NCBI GenBank assembly: GCA_043800755.1 | Contig: JAZDMQ010000159.1 | Coordinates: 1 to 37,261, forward strand | Source of the DNA: a bacterium | Lineage (GTDB): Bacteria > Methylomirabilota > Methylomirabilia > CAVQYV01 | DNA length: 37,261 nucleotides | Reading direction: 5' to 3' | Shown: piece after piece, positions 8,971-18,797 of the stretch | Layout of the letters: each line of letters opens with the position of its first letter | Position numbering within the stretch: the stretch's first letter is position 1 | The notes under the pieces: generated by a model | The model's database searches: none | The model's input: only the letters and a program-made list of their open reading frames with translations | What the model was told of the DNA's origin: nothing | Program-made: the position numbers and the translations under genes

Positions 8971-10263
8971 TCACAGCCCCAGGCGGGAGAAGATGGCCTT
9001 CACATTGCGAAGGTGGCCCGCCAGATCGAAGCACTCTCTAATCTCCTGCTCGGACAACCTCTCCCGAACCTCGGCATCGGCCAGCAGGAGCCCCAGAAAA
9101 TCCTCCCCCGACTCCCATGAGCGCATGGCATTGCGTTGCACCAGCCGATAGGCCTCCTCCCGGGAGCTGCAGGATCTGGCCAGCTTCAGCAAGACCTGCT
9201 CGGAGTAGATCAGCCCACGGGTGAGCCCCAGATTCTTCTTCATCCGCTCCGGATAAACGAGCATCCCCTCCACCAGGTCCGCAAATTTGACCAGCATGTA
9301 GTCGATCAGCAGGGTGGAATCGGGCATGACGATCCGCTCCACCGAGGAGTGGGAGATGTCCCGCTCATGCCAGAGCGGCACATTCTCCAGGGACGCGACC
9401 GCGTTGCCCCGGAGCACCCGGGCCAGGCCGCAGATCTGCTCCGCCGTCACCGGATTCCGCTTGTGAGGCATGGCCGAGGACCCCTTCTGCCCCTTGGCAA
9501 AAGGCTCCTCTGCCTCCAGCACCTCGGTGCGCTGCAGGTGACGGATCTCGGTAGCAAATCGTTCCAGGGAAGAGGCGGTGAGGGCCAGGACAGAGAGATA
9601 CTGGGCATGGCGATCCCGGGAGATGACCTGGGTGGAGACGGGATCGGGCTTCAGGCCCAGGCGCCGACAGACATATTCCTCCACCCGGGGGGACAGGTTG
9701 GCAAAGGTCCCCACCGCCCCGGAGAGCTTTCCATAGCTGATATCCTCGCGGGCCTGACGCATCCGCTCCCGATTGCGCCCCATCTCTGCAAACCAGGAGG
9801 CCATCTTGAGGCCAAAGGTGGTCGCCTCCGCGTGGATTCCGTGGGTGCGGCCGATCATGGCCGTGTCTCGATACTGGTGGGCCTTCACCTTGAGAGCGGA
9901 GAGGAGGCGATCCAGGTCCTCCAGGATGATTTGGCCCGCATCCCGAAGTTGCAGGGCCAGGGTGGTATCCAGCAAATCCGAGGAGGTCAGGCCCAGATGG
10001 ATATAACGCGAATCCTCCCCCACCCGCTCCGCCACCGCGGAGAGAAAGGCGACCACATCGTGCCGGGTCACCTTCTCGATCTCATCGATGCGCGCCAGAT
10101 CATAGGAGGCCTTCTCCTTGATGCGCGCCACAGCCTCGGCCGGGACTTCACCCATCTCGGCCAGGGCCTCAGCCGCCAAGATCTCAATCTGCAACCAGTG
10201 GTCAAATTTCGATTGGGGCTCCCAGATGGCTGCCATCCGCGGCAGCGTGTAGCGAGCGATCAC
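8971..10263 (-). CDS. purB: Adenylosuccinate lyase
   Basis: MIARY, RHDVVAF, H.GLTSSD, GRTHGIHAE, GSSAMPHKRNP, WHERDISHSSVER. Confidence 0.98.
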   Translation of the reverse strand: MIARYTLPRMAAIWEPQSKFDHWLQIEILAAEALAEMGEVPAEAVARIKEKASYDLARIDEIEKVTRHDVVAFLSAVAERVGEDSRYIHLGLTSSDLLDTTLALQLRDAGQIILEDLDRLLSALKVKAHQYRDTAMIGRTHGIHAEATTFGLKMASWFAEMGRNRERMRQAREDISYGKLSGAVGTFANLSPRVEEYVCRRLGLKPDPVSTQVISRDRHAQYLSVLALTASSLERFATEIRHLQRTEVLEAEEPFAKGQKGSSAMPHKRNPVTAEQICGLARVLRGNAVASLENVPLWHERDISHSSVERIVMPDSTLLIDYMLVKFADLVEGMLVYPERMKKNLGLTRGLIYSEQVLLKLARSCSSREEAYRLVQRNAMRSWESGEDFLGLLLADAEVRERLSEQEIRECFDLAGHLRNVKAIFSRLGL

Positions 10264-10349
10264 GACGGCCTCCTTCGTCTTCCGCCTCGCCCCAGGTCCC
10301 CCTGGGGCAACGGATTTATATCATTGAACAGGCCATAAAGCAAGATGCC

Positions 10350-11783
10350 CTATCCTGCTTTTTCGGGAATCAGGTAGGACTGCCCGAGGGCCGGAAGGTG
10401 GACATTCGGCAATCCCATCTCCCTCAATCCCTGGGCGAGGGCCCGCGTCTCCTCCCTCTCTCCATGCACAAGAAAAACCCCCTTGATCCCCGATCCACAG
10501 CCAGCCACATAGTTGAGCAGGTCTTTACGGTCCGCGTGGGCGGAGAAGTGGTGCATCACCTCAATCCGGGCCCGCACCGGGTATTCCCCCTCCAGGATCC
10601 TCACCCTCCGGGCGCCCTCCACCAGGCGCCGGCCCAAGGTCCCTTCCGCCTGGTACCCCACGAAGAGGATCGTATTGCGAGGATCGGGCAGGCCATGAAT
10701 AAGATGATGAAGGATCCGTCCCGCCTCGCACATACCCGAGGCGGCCAACACCAGAAAGGGGCCGGGCGCCCTGTTCAGCGCCTTCGACTCCTCCACCGAA
10801 TGGACATAACTCAATCGCTTGAAGCCAAAGGGATCCTCGTGGCGGTCGAAGAGCTGCTGCGTCTCCTGGTCGTAGCACTCCGGGTGCCGCTTGAAGATCC
10901 GGGTCACCTCAGCCGTCAAGGGGCTATCCACATAGATGGGGAGGACCGGGATCTTCTGCTTTGTCTCGAGCTGATAAAGCTCGTACAGGATCTCTTGCGC
11001 CCTCCCCACGGCAAAGGCAGGGATGATCACCTTGCCTCCCACGGCGACGGCATGAGAGATGACCTCCTCCAGCCTCTGGCCAGCTTCTTCCGCGGGGGCA
11101 TGCAGGGAACCTCCGTAGGTGCTCTCCATGATCAGGTAATCAATGTCCCTCACCTGATAGGGGTCCCGAAGAATGGGCAGGCGCGGACGGCCCAGATCGC
11201 CGGTGAAACAGACCCGTATCTTGTGGTCCTGCCAGGCCACCTCAAGCAGAATGAGGGCTGAGCCCAGGATATGCCCCGCGTCCAAGAAGGTGAAGGAAAG
11301 CCCAGGCTCAATCCGCACCTCCTGCTGGTAGGGGACCGCCCAAAAATGCGGCAGGGCGGCTGCAACCTCCTCCGGGGTATAGAGAGGCTTCAAGGCCGCC
11401 TCTCCCCACAGGCTTTGTCTCCGATTGAGGTAGCCCACATCCTCGGCCTGGAGGTGGGCCGAATCGGCCAGCATCAGGGAAGCGAGGTCCACTGTAGCGG
11501 AGGTGGCATAGATTTTTCCGGCGAAGCCTTGTTTGACCAGGGTGGGAATATTGCCCGCATGGTCCAGGTGGGCATGGGAGAGGAGGAGCAGGTCGATCTC
11601 CGGGGGCGAGAAGGAAAAGGTGGTATTGACTTCCCAGGCCCTGCGGCGAGGTCCCTGAAACAGGCCACACTCGAGCAGCAGGATGCAAGACCCCAAATCC
11701 ACCAGATGCAGCGAGCCAGTGACGGTGCCCACCCCACCCAGGAACCGGAGCGATATCTGCCCTGAGGACGGCCCTTGCCTCAT
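10350..11783 (-). CDS. MBL-fold metallo-hydrolase, beta-CASP RNA-specificity family
   Basis: LSHAHLDHAG, DAGHILGSA, MESTYG, IPAFAVGRAQE, SGMCEAGRILHH, FSAHAD, LVHGE. Start ATG 11783 preferred over track start 11912. Confidence 0.92.
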   Translation of the reverse strand: MRQGPSSGQISLRFLGGVGTVTGSLHLVDLGSCILLLECGLFQGPRRRAWEVNTTFSFSPPEIDLLLLSHAHLDHAGNIPTLVKQGFAGKIYATSATVDLASLMLADSAHLQAEDVGYLNRRQSLWGEAALKPLYTPEEVAAALPHFWAVPYQQEVRIEPGLSFTFLDAGHILGSALILLEVAWQDHKIRVCFTGDLGRPRLPILRDPYQVRDIDYLIMESTYGGSLHAPAEEAGQRLEEVISHAVAVGGKVIIPAFAVGRAQEILYELYQLETKQKIPVLPIYVDSPLTAEVTRIFKRHPECYDQETQQLFDRHEDPFGFKRLSYVHSVEESKALNRAPGPFLVLAASGMCEAGRILHHLIHGLPDPRNTILFVGYQAEGTLGRRLVEGARRVRILEGEYPVRARIEVMHHFSAHADRKDLLNYVAGCGSGIKGVFLVHGEREETRALAQGLREMGLPNVHLPALGQSYLIPEKAG

Positions 11784-11866
11784 AAGGGGTCCCCTTTCGC
11801 GGTAGCACCCCCTTTCTCTCATCGAGGTGGCATCCGCGCACAGCTTGAAAAGGGGTTTGACGAAAA

Positions 11867-11990
11867 GCAAAGAACCCTGTGCTTCCGCACAGGGCATCAA
11901 AGACCAAAGCAAACTTCAAAAGCCCTTACGGCAAGCGGAACCCTTTCCTCCCCGTGCTTCCGCACGGGGTATCCAGGGTGTCTTTCATGA
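11867..11990. mobile_element. Putative miniature non-autonomous IS200/IS605-type palindromic element
   Basis: Two near-identical hairpins CCCTGTGC-TTCC-GCACAGGG (11875-11894) and CCCCGTGC-TTCC-GCACGGGG (11950-11969); flanks GCAAAGAA and TTCCT...TATCC resemble IS200/IS605 ends. Confidence 0.6.
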
Positions 11991-11997
11991 ATCCGGG

Positions 11998-13266
11998 TCA
12001 GGCGATCGGGCCGATGGCCGTGAGGGTATATGCGTGGGATCCGAAGAGCCGGCGCGCCAAATCTCGAATCCTCTCCGAGGTAATCTCCTCAATGCCCTGA
12101 ATGACCTCCTCCAGGTTGAAGATTTGGCCAAAAAAGATCTGCATCTTCGCCAGTCGGATCATGCGGGAACTGGTGCTTTCCAGCCCTAAGAGCAGGTTCC
12201 CTTTCAATTGATCCTTGGCCCGCTGCAACTCCTCCGGGCTGAGGGGCTCCGCCACCATGCGGGAGAACTCCGTTTCAATCAGCCTCAATACCTCACGGTA
12301 ATGTTCCGGACCCGTGCCCGCATAGACGACCACCAGGCCACTGTCTTGGAAAGAGGCCTGATAGGAATAAATGGAATAGGCCAGGCCACGCCGCTCCCGG
12401 ACCTCCTGAAACAGGCGGGAGGACATGCCTCCCCCCAGGAGGCAATTCAATAGATGGAGGGCATACCGATCTTCGTGGGCATAGGGGAACCCCTCGACCC
12501 CGAGGCAGAGGTGAACCTGGGAGAGGTCCCTCCGATCCTCCCATTGGCAATACTGAGAAAGGGGAGAGGAGGTATTGACCGTCGGCCCGCAACCGGACCA
12601 TGCGCCAAAGGATTCGGCCAGCAACCCTGCCAGCTCCTGGTGGTCTAAATTGCCGGCAGCCGCGATAACGCAATGGTTGGGGCGATAGTATTCGTTGAGG
12701 AAGGAGAGCAGTTCGGTCCTCCCGATCCTGACCAAGGTCTCTCTACTGCCCAGGATGGGGCGACCGAGGGGGTGATTGGGCCAGAGGACCTGGGCGAAGA
12801 GATCGTGGATGAGATCATCCGGCGAGTCCTCTACCATCTTGATTTCCTGCTGGATCACCTGTCTTTCCTTCTCCATTTCCTGCTCCTCCATCAGGGAGCA
12901 CAAGAGAATGTCAGACAAGAGATCCACGGCCAAGGGCAGATGCTCCCCCAACACCTTGGCATAGAAGCAGGTGTTCTCCCTCGTGGTAAAGGCATCCAGG
13001 ACTCCCCCCACCGAATCGATCGCCCGGGCGATCTCCTCGGCCGTCCTTCGTGCGGTCCCCTTGAAGAACATGTGCTCCAGGAAATGGGAGATCCCGGTCA
13101 GATCTGCTGGCTCGTGGCGGGAACCTATCTTGCTCCAGACTCCAATGGAGACTGATTTGACATGGGGGATCTTCTCGGTAAGGAGGGTGAGGCCGTTCGG
13201 GAAGGTCTCCGTGCGAAAGTGCTCTGGGTCCGTGGAGGAGCGGCTAATCCATTTGACTTCGGTCAT
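11998..13266 (-). CDS. M16 (pitrilysin) family zinc peptidase
   Basis: HFLEHMFFKGT inverted zinc motif, LGGGMSSRLFQEVRE.RGLAYSIYS; usual position downstream of pnp. Confidence 0.94.
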   Translation of the reverse strand: MTEVKWISRSSTDPEHFRTETFPNGLTLLTEKIPHVKSVSIGVWSKIGSRHEPADLTGISHFLEHMFFKGTARRTAEEIARAIDSVGGVLDAFTTRENTCFYAKVLGEHLPLAVDLLSDILLCSLMEEQEMEKERQVIQQEIKMVEDSPDDLIHDLFAQVLWPNHPLGRPILGSRETLVRIGRTELLSFLNEYYRPNHCVIAAAGNLDHQELAGLLAESFGAWSGCGPTVNTSSPLSQYCQWEDRRDLSQVHLCLGVEGFPYAHEDRYALHLLNCLLGGGMSSRLFQEVRERRGLAYSIYSYQASFQDSGLVVVYAGTGPEHYREVLRLIETEFSRMVAEPLSPEELQRAKDQLKGNLLLGLESTSSRMIRLAKMQIFFGQIFNLEEVIQGIEEITSERIRDLARRLFGSHAYTLTAIGPIA

Positions 13267-15380
13267 GGGGGAGGCCTACTTGTGGAGTCCAGAGGGGAAT
13301 CTTGACTCCGCAGTACCTCTTTTCGGCTCAAGCGGACCTTCCCCTGGCGGTCGATATCCACCACCTTGACCATGACCTCTTGCCCGAGGGAGAGCTCATC
13401 CTCCACCTTCTTGACCCGATGCTCGGCGATCTGCGAGATGTGGAGCAGGCCATCCGTATTGGGAAGGATCTCCAGAAAGGCCCCGAATTCTACGATCTTC
13501 TTCACCTTTCCCAAGTAGACCTTTCCCACCTCCGGGACCTCCACGATCTTGGAGACCATGGAGAGGGCCTTCTGGGCCGCTGCCTCATCGATCGAGGCAA
13601 TCGTCACCGTCCCATCATCAGAGACATCCATCTTCACGCCCGTCTCGTCGATGATCCCCCGGATGACCTTTCCCCCCGGCCCGATAACCTCCCGGATCTT
13701 ATCCACCGGCACCCGGATGGTAATGATGCGGGGGGCGTAGGGGGAGAGGCTGTCCCTGGGCTCGGAGATGGCCCGACTCATTTCCTCCAGCACCTGGAAG
13801 CGTGCCTCCCGTGCCTGCTGCAAGGCCTGCCGCATGACCTCCTGGGTTACTCCCGCCACCTTGATGTCCATCTGCAGGGCGGTAATTCCCTCCTGGGTCC
13901 CCGCCACCTTGAAGTCCATATCCCCCAGGTGGTCTTCCAGGCCTTGGATATCGGTCAAGACCGCAAAGCGATCTGCTTCCTTGACCAACCCCATCGCCAA
14001 CCCCGCTACCGCGGCACGGATGGGAACGCCCGCATCCATCAAGGAGAGACTGGCCCCGCATACGGTGGCCATGGAGGAAGACCCATTCGATTCCAGGATG
14101 TCCGAGACGATGCGCAGGGTGTAAGGAAACTGCTCCTGCGAGGGCAGAACCCGGAGCAAGGCCTTCTCCGCCAGGGCCCCATGGCCGATCTCCCTGCGCC
14201 CCGGACCTCGCATGAATTTGACCTCCCCCACGCTGAAGGGCGGGAAATTATAGTGCAGCATGAACCTTTTGGTGGTCTCTTCCTCGATATCATCAATCCG
14301 TTGCTCGTCCTCCACCGTCCCCAGGGTAGTGGTCACCAGGGCCTGGGTCTGCCCGCGGGTGAAGAGGGCCGACCCATGAGTCCGGGGGAGCAATCCCACC
14401 TCGATGCTGATGGGCCGGACCTCCTTGAGTCCACGACCATCCGCCCTCCGGGATTCGGAGAGGATCATGCGGCGCATCTCCTCCCGCTCGATGAAATCGA
14501 AGGCCTGCCGGGCCGAAGCCCGGACTTCTTCCGCTTCCTCGGCCAAACGCTCGGAAAGCTCAACCAGGAGATCCTCTCTCCTGCCCTTCTGTTGCTCCTT
14601 CTCCGCTACCAAGGCCAGGGACTTGATTTTCTCCCCTAAGAGCTCCCTCACCCGGGAAATGATGGACTCCTCCAGGCTGAATACGGGAAACTCCATCTTT
14701 TTTACCCCGATTCTTGCCGCCAATTCTTTCTGGATCTCAATGAGCGGGAGGAGGCCCTGATGACCACGGGCAATCGCCTCCAGCATGGTCTCCTCCGCCA
14801 CCTCCTTCGCTCCTCCTTCCACCATCATGACCGCGTCCTCGGTGCCGGCCACGACCACCTCCAGGTCGCTCTCATCCAACTGCGCATAAGTGGGATTGAT
14901 GACAAAATCCCCCTTGACCCGGGCCACGCGAACCGCGGCGACCGGTCCCCCGAAGGGGATCTCCGATTGGTAAAGGGCGCAGGATGCCCCCACCAGGGCG
15001 AGGATGTCCGGATCATTCTCCTGGTCGGCGGAGAGGACGGTGGCAATGATCTGCACTTCGTTCCGGAAGGATTTGGGGAAAAGGGGGCGCAGAGAACGAT
15101 CGATGAGGCGCGAGGTGAGGGTCGCCTTGTCCCCAGGCCGCCCTTCCCTCTTAAAGAATCCGCCCGGGATCTTCCCCGCTGCGTAAGCCTTTTCCTGGTA
15201 GTCCACGGTGAGGGGAAAGAAGTCGATCCCTTCTCTGGACTCCTTAGCGGCGACCGCAGTCACCAGGACGACCGTATCGGCAAACCGGACCCACACGGCC
15301 CCATCGGCTTGCTTGGCAACCTTTCCCGTCTCCAGGGAGAATTTCCTTCCCTCAAAATCTCTTTCAATTTTTTGAACCAT
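13263..15380 (-). CDS. pnp: Polyribonucleotide nucleotidyltransferase
   Basis: FFPLTVDYQEK, PGGFFKREGRP, RREIGHG, LESNGSSSMA, DHLGDMDFKVAG; KH and S1 domains. Confidence 0.98.
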   Translation of the reverse strand: MVQKIERDFEGRKFSLETGKVAKQADGAVWVRFADTVVLVTAVAAKESREGIDFFPLTVDYQEKAYAAGKIPGGFFKREGRPGDKATLTSRLIDRSLRPLFPKSFRNEVQIIATVLSADQENDPDILALVGASCALYQSEIPFGGPVAAVRVARVKGDFVINPTYAQLDESDLEVVVAGTEDAVMMVEGGAKEVAEETMLEAIARGHQGLLPLIEIQKELAARIGVKKMEFPVFSLEESIISRVRELLGEKIKSLALVAEKEQQKGRREDLLVELSERLAEEAEEVRASARQAFDFIEREEMRRMILSESRRADGRGLKEVRPISIEVGLLPRTHGSALFTRGQTQALVTTTLGTVEDEQRIDDIEEETTKRFMLHYNFPPFSVGEVKFMRGPGRREIGHGALAEKALLRVLPSQEQFPYTLRIVSDILESNGSSSMATVCGASLSLMDAGVPIRAAVAGLAMGLVKEADRFAVLTDIQGLEDHLGDMDFKVAGTQEGITALQMDIKVAGVTQEVMRQALQQAREARFQVLEEMSRAISEPRDSLSPYAPRIITIRVPVDKIREVIGPGGKVIRGIIDETGVKMDVSDDGTVTIASIDEAAAQKALSMVSKIVEVPEVGKVYLGKVKKIVEFGAFLEILPNTDGLLHISQIAEHRVKKVEDELSLGQEVMVKVVDIDRQGKVRLSRKEVLRSQDSPLDSTSRPPP

Positions 15381-15482
15381 GATTTTCCTTCCGGCGAAGC
15401 CTTCGTTTTTGTTTCTTCACATTCCCTTTTCCCAAGGGCCCCATGGCATCTCTCTGCCAGTACATCCTCCCAGGCAGACGGG

Positions 15483-15752
15483 CTATCGGCGCATACCCAA
15501 TCGCTCGATCATACTCTGGTATCTCCCGGGATCCTTGCTCTTCAAGTAGTCGAGGAGCTTTCTCCTCCGGCCCACCAGCCTCAACAGACCTCTCCGGGAA
15601 TGGTGGTCTTTCTTATGAATATTGAGATGTTCGGTCAGCTCATTGATGCGGGTATTCAAGAGGGCAATCTGCACCTCCGGGGATCCCGTATCCTGCTGAT
15701 GGATTCGAAATTGGTCAATGAGACCCTTCTTCTTCTCTACGGCCAGGGGCAT
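15483..15752 (-). CDS. rpsO: 30S ribosomal protein S15
   Basis: [26 protein letters not shown] 15752 after AGGAGG gives 89 aa. Confidence 0.98.
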   Translation of the reverse strand: MPLAVEKKKGLIDQFRIHQQDTGSPEVQIALLNTRINELTEHLNIHKKDHHSRRGLLRLVGRRRKLLDYLKSKDPGRYQSMIERLGMRR

Positions 15753-15787
15753 GGCACCTCCTCCTTTCACCCAAATCCTTTAGGTTT

Positions 15788-15815
15788 ATTATCACAGAAT
15801 CATCAGTTTGTAAAG
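15788..15815 (-). promoter_or_regulatory. Putative rpsO-pnp promoter
   Basis: TTTACA followed by TGTGATAAT (extended -10-like), ~35 nt upstream of the rpsO start. Confidence 0.55.
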
Positions 15816-15955
15816 CCATTAGTATGGCGGGGCCTCTTCTCTGGGAAACCCCTCCAGCACGCTATGAGATCTGCGCCCACCTTGAATTCTCAATGGTGCC
15901 GCAGGATTCCTGATCCAGACCTTCCTAAGCTAATCCAAGGCCGGCTGAAAGGACC

Positions 15956-16894
15956 CTATCCACTCTGCGCATGCCCCGAGAGCAATTGCGCCACCTGGGC
16001 CGCATCCTCCCGAATGGCTTGAGCCAGTTCCGCCTGGTTAGGAAACTGCCTCTCCTCCCGGACCCTCTCCAGGAAATGGATCTCAATCTGCCGACGGTAG
16101 AGGTCTCCCTCAAAGCCCAGGAAATGCACCTCGATCCGCCGATCTCGATCGGGAAAGGTGGGCGTCCTCCCCACATTAATGGCCACCTGATAAACTTGCC
16201 CCCCCTGATTAGCCCATCCCGCATATACCCCGTCGGGGAGCAGGAAATCTTTAGGCGGCTTGAGATTGGCGGTGGGAAAACCGAGCTCCTTCCCTTGACC
16301 GCGCCCCTTCACCACCACCCCTCGGATCATGTAGGGACGCCCCAGCAAAAGGGAGGCCTCCGCCACCTTCCCCGTACCCAACAGGTTCCGGATCAGGGTG
16401 CTGCTGATCATCCGCCCCTGCAGGGCCACGGGGGGGATGACCTCTACCAGGAAATTCAATTCCCTCCCCAACTCCTGCATCAGGCAAATATCTCCCCGGC
16501 GGTTCCTCCCGAAGGCGAAATCAAATCCCACCCAGATTTCTTTGATCCCCAGGGTTCTCACCAGCATCTCTTCCACGAAGGCGCGTGGCTCCATCTCGGA
16601 GACCTCTTGGGAAAACGGCACCCAGATGAGGAGGTCCAATCCCATCTCCCGCAAGATCTCCTGCTTGATCTCGGGGGGGGTCAGGAGCAAAGGGGCATGG
16701 CCTGGATCGAGGGCCCGCAAGGGATGGTCGCTGAAGGTGAAGAGCATGGAGGTTCCCCGCTTCTCTCTCGCCCTTTCCCTCACTCGACGGATGATCGCCT
16801 GATGGCCCAAGTGGATCCCGTCGAAGGCCCCAATGGTCAGGACCGGGTAGGGATATCTCTGGCTCAACGATTTCAGGCAACGGACGATCTTCAT
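15956..16894 (-). CDS. ribF: Bifunctional riboflavin kinase/FAD synthetase
   Basis: IGAFDGIHLGHQ, ISSTLIR, LGFPTAN, GVYAG, N.G.TPT. Confidence 0.96.
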   Translation of the reverse strand: MKIVRCLKSLSQRYPYPVLTIGAFDGIHLGHQAIIRRVRERAREKRGTSMLFTFSDHPLRALDPGHAPLLLTPPEIKQEILREMGLDLLIWVPFSQEVSEMEPRAFVEEMLVRTLGIKEIWVGFDFAFGRNRRGDICLMQELGRELNFLVEVIPPVALQGRMISSTLIRNLLGTGKVAEASLLLGRPYMIRGVVVKGRGQGKELGFPTANLKPPKDFLLPDGVYAGWANQGGQVYQVAINVGRTPTFPDRDRRIEVHFLGFEGDLYRRQIEIHFLERVREERQFPNQAELAQAIREDAAQVAQLLSGHAQSG

Positions 16895-17850
16895 CGACGG
16901 GAGAAGACCTTCACTGGGCGCAGAATGATCTTTCGGGGATGGAGATTTTGAACCTGATCGGTGTCGACGGTCAGCTCTGCTAAGGAGAGGAGCTTCCTGC
17001 GCACCCCCAATACCCTCACCGTCGCCCCCTCCAGCAGGCCAGTGGGGAGGGTAACGATATCCTGTAGGGCGATGGAGGCTCCATAGAGGATGGACCGGGA
17101 GGAATCCGGCAAGACCCGCACCTCCGGCAGATGCGTCAGGGCTTGCTCAATGGGGAGGAGGACCTCCGCGAGATTGCCCTGCTCCTGGATTTCCTGAAGC
17201 CGAAGAAGGTCAATGGCATCCTCTAACCGAAACTGGCCCGACTTGAGGCGCGTCAGGTTATGCAGGTGGGCCCCGCAGCCCAAGACCCTTCCTATGTCAT
17301 CGCAGAGCGCGCGGGCATAGGTCCCTTTAGAGCAGAAGACCCGAAAGCAAACAAAGGGGGGCTCGAAGGAGATCATCTCCAGCTCGTAGACTTTCACCTG
17401 AACCGGATCGCGGTCCACGGTCTCTCCCCTCCGCGCCAGACGATAGAGCCTCTCTCCCTGATACTTCTTGGCGGAGAACATGGGAGGGATCTGTTTGATC
17501 TCTCCCCGAAATTGGATGAAGGCCTGCTCCACCTTTTCGGCATCCTGCGGGATCTCTGTCTTCTCTTCCAGGACCTTCCCTTCGGCGTCCAGGGTATCGG
17601 TCCGAATCCCCAGCCTCATGCTGATGAGATACTCTTTATCCGCAGCAGTCAGAAACCGGGCAATCTTGGTGGCATTCCCTACACAGATGGGCAAGGCCCC
17701 AGTGGCCTGCGGATCAAGGGTTCCGGTATGCCCCACCTTTCTGATCCCCAGGATTCTCCTCACCTCATCGACCACATCGTGGGAGGTCATCCCGCTCGAC
17801 TTATTGATATTCAAAACCCCTTCCACGCCTTGCTCTAATCTTTCATCCAC
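16891..17850 (-). CDS. truB: tRNA pseudouridine(55) synthase
   Basis: TSHDVV, KVGHTGTLDP.ATG, PPMFSAKK, CSKGTY.R. Confidence 0.97.
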   Translation of the reverse strand: MDERLEQGVEGVLNINKSSGMTSHDVVDEVRRILGIRKVGHTGTLDPQATGALPICVGNATKIARFLTAADKEYLISMRLGIRTDTLDAEGKVLEEKTEIPQDAEKVEQAFIQFRGEIKQIPPMFSAKKYQGERLYRLARRGETVDRDPVQVKVYELEMISFEPPFVCFRVFCSKGTYARALCDDIGRVLGCGAHLHNLTRLKSGQFRLEDAIDLLRLQEIQEQGNLAEVLLPIEQALTHLPEVRVLPDSSRSILYGASIALQDIVTLPTGLLEGATVRVLGVRRKLLSLAELTVDTDQVQNLHPRKIILRPVKVFSRR

Positions 17851-18797
17851 CGCCGAATCTCCCCCAACATCCTCTGCTTTACCTCGGAAAGATCTCCCAA
17901 AAGCGTGCAGCCTGCTGCATTGTGGTGGCCTCCACCCAGAAAGGCAGAAGCCACCCTTCCCACATCCACCGCTCCCTTGGAGCGAAGGCTTACCCGATAT
18001 TCCCCAGGTCCTGCCTCCTTGAACATGGCCGCTACTTCTACTCCCCTGAGGGAACGGGGGTAGTTGACGAAGCCCTCCGTCTCTTCCAGGCTGATCTGGC
18101 CCCGCCGCAGCATCTCCTGAGTGATCAAGCCACAGGCAATCCGACCCCCCTCCTCCAACTCAAGGTGGGAAAGGACCTCGCCCAGCACCTGCAATTGCCC
18201 CAAGCTCCGCTCCTCGTACAGGTGGGAGGCGATCTGCTCGGGGGCAACGCCCATCTTCAGCAGGGAGGCGGAGATGCGCAGCGATTCGGGAGTGGTATTG
18301 GGGAAACGGAAGGATCCGGTGTCGGTCAGGATGGCGGTATAAAGGTTGATGGCCGCCTCCTCGGTGAGGGGAAGGGCCATCCTCTCATAGAGCAGGTGGT
18401 AGATCATCTCTCCGGTGGAGGAGGCCTTTTCGTCTACCCAGTTCAGATCTCCGAATCCTCCATTGCTCTTATGATGGTCGATGTTGATGAGGGGGCCTCC
18501 AAGATCCTCGGAGAGGCCTCCCACCCGGTTGCGATCGCCACAATCCAGGACCAGATAGAGGTCAAAGGCCCGATCCGGGCCCAGCTCCGCTCTGATTCTC
18601 TCGGACCCGGGGAGGAAGGCGAGGTAAGAAGGGACGGGATCGGGATTAAAGAGGGCCACCTCCTTACCCAGGGCCGAGAGGCCAAAATAGGCGCCCAGTG
18701 AGGATCCTATGGCATCTCCTTCCGGGTTCTCATGCGAGATGATGGCAATGCGCTTTGCCTTTAGCAAGGCCTGGGAGATCTCTTGCAGGTCCCTCAT
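17835..18797 (-). CDS. nrnA: DHH/DHHA1 phosphoesterase (NrnA-like oligoribonuclease/PAP phosphatase)
   Basis: H.NP.GDAIGS, NIDHH, TDTGSFRF, VSLRS, GGGHHNAAG; conserved position between rbfA and truB. Confidence 0.9.
   Translation of the reverse strand: MRDLQEISQALLKAKRIAIISHENPEGDAIGSSLGAYFGLSALGKEVALFNPDPVPSYLAFLPGSERIRAELGPDRAFDLYLVLDCGDRNRVGGLSEDLGGPLINIDHHKSNGGFGDLNWVDEKASSTGEMIYHLLYERMALPLTEEAAINLYTAILTDTGSFRFPNTTPESLRISASLLKMGVAPEQIASHLYEERSLGQLQVLGEVLSHLELEEGGRIACGLITQEMLRRGQISLEETEGFVNYPRSLRGVEVAAMFKEAGPGEYRVSLRSKGAVDVGRVASAFLGGGHHNAAGCTLLGDLSEVKQRMLGEIRRWMKD

Noticed and set aside
11875-11969. Two-repeat unit as a mini CRISPR array
   Set aside because: Only two 20-bp units, a 55-bp gap and no cas genes; IS200/IS605-type ends fit better.
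15381-15482. Possible pnp autoregulatory (RNase III) stem in the rpsO-pnp spacer
   Set aside because: Only short 5-6 bp pairings such as TCTGCC/GGCAGA are visible; too weak to call.
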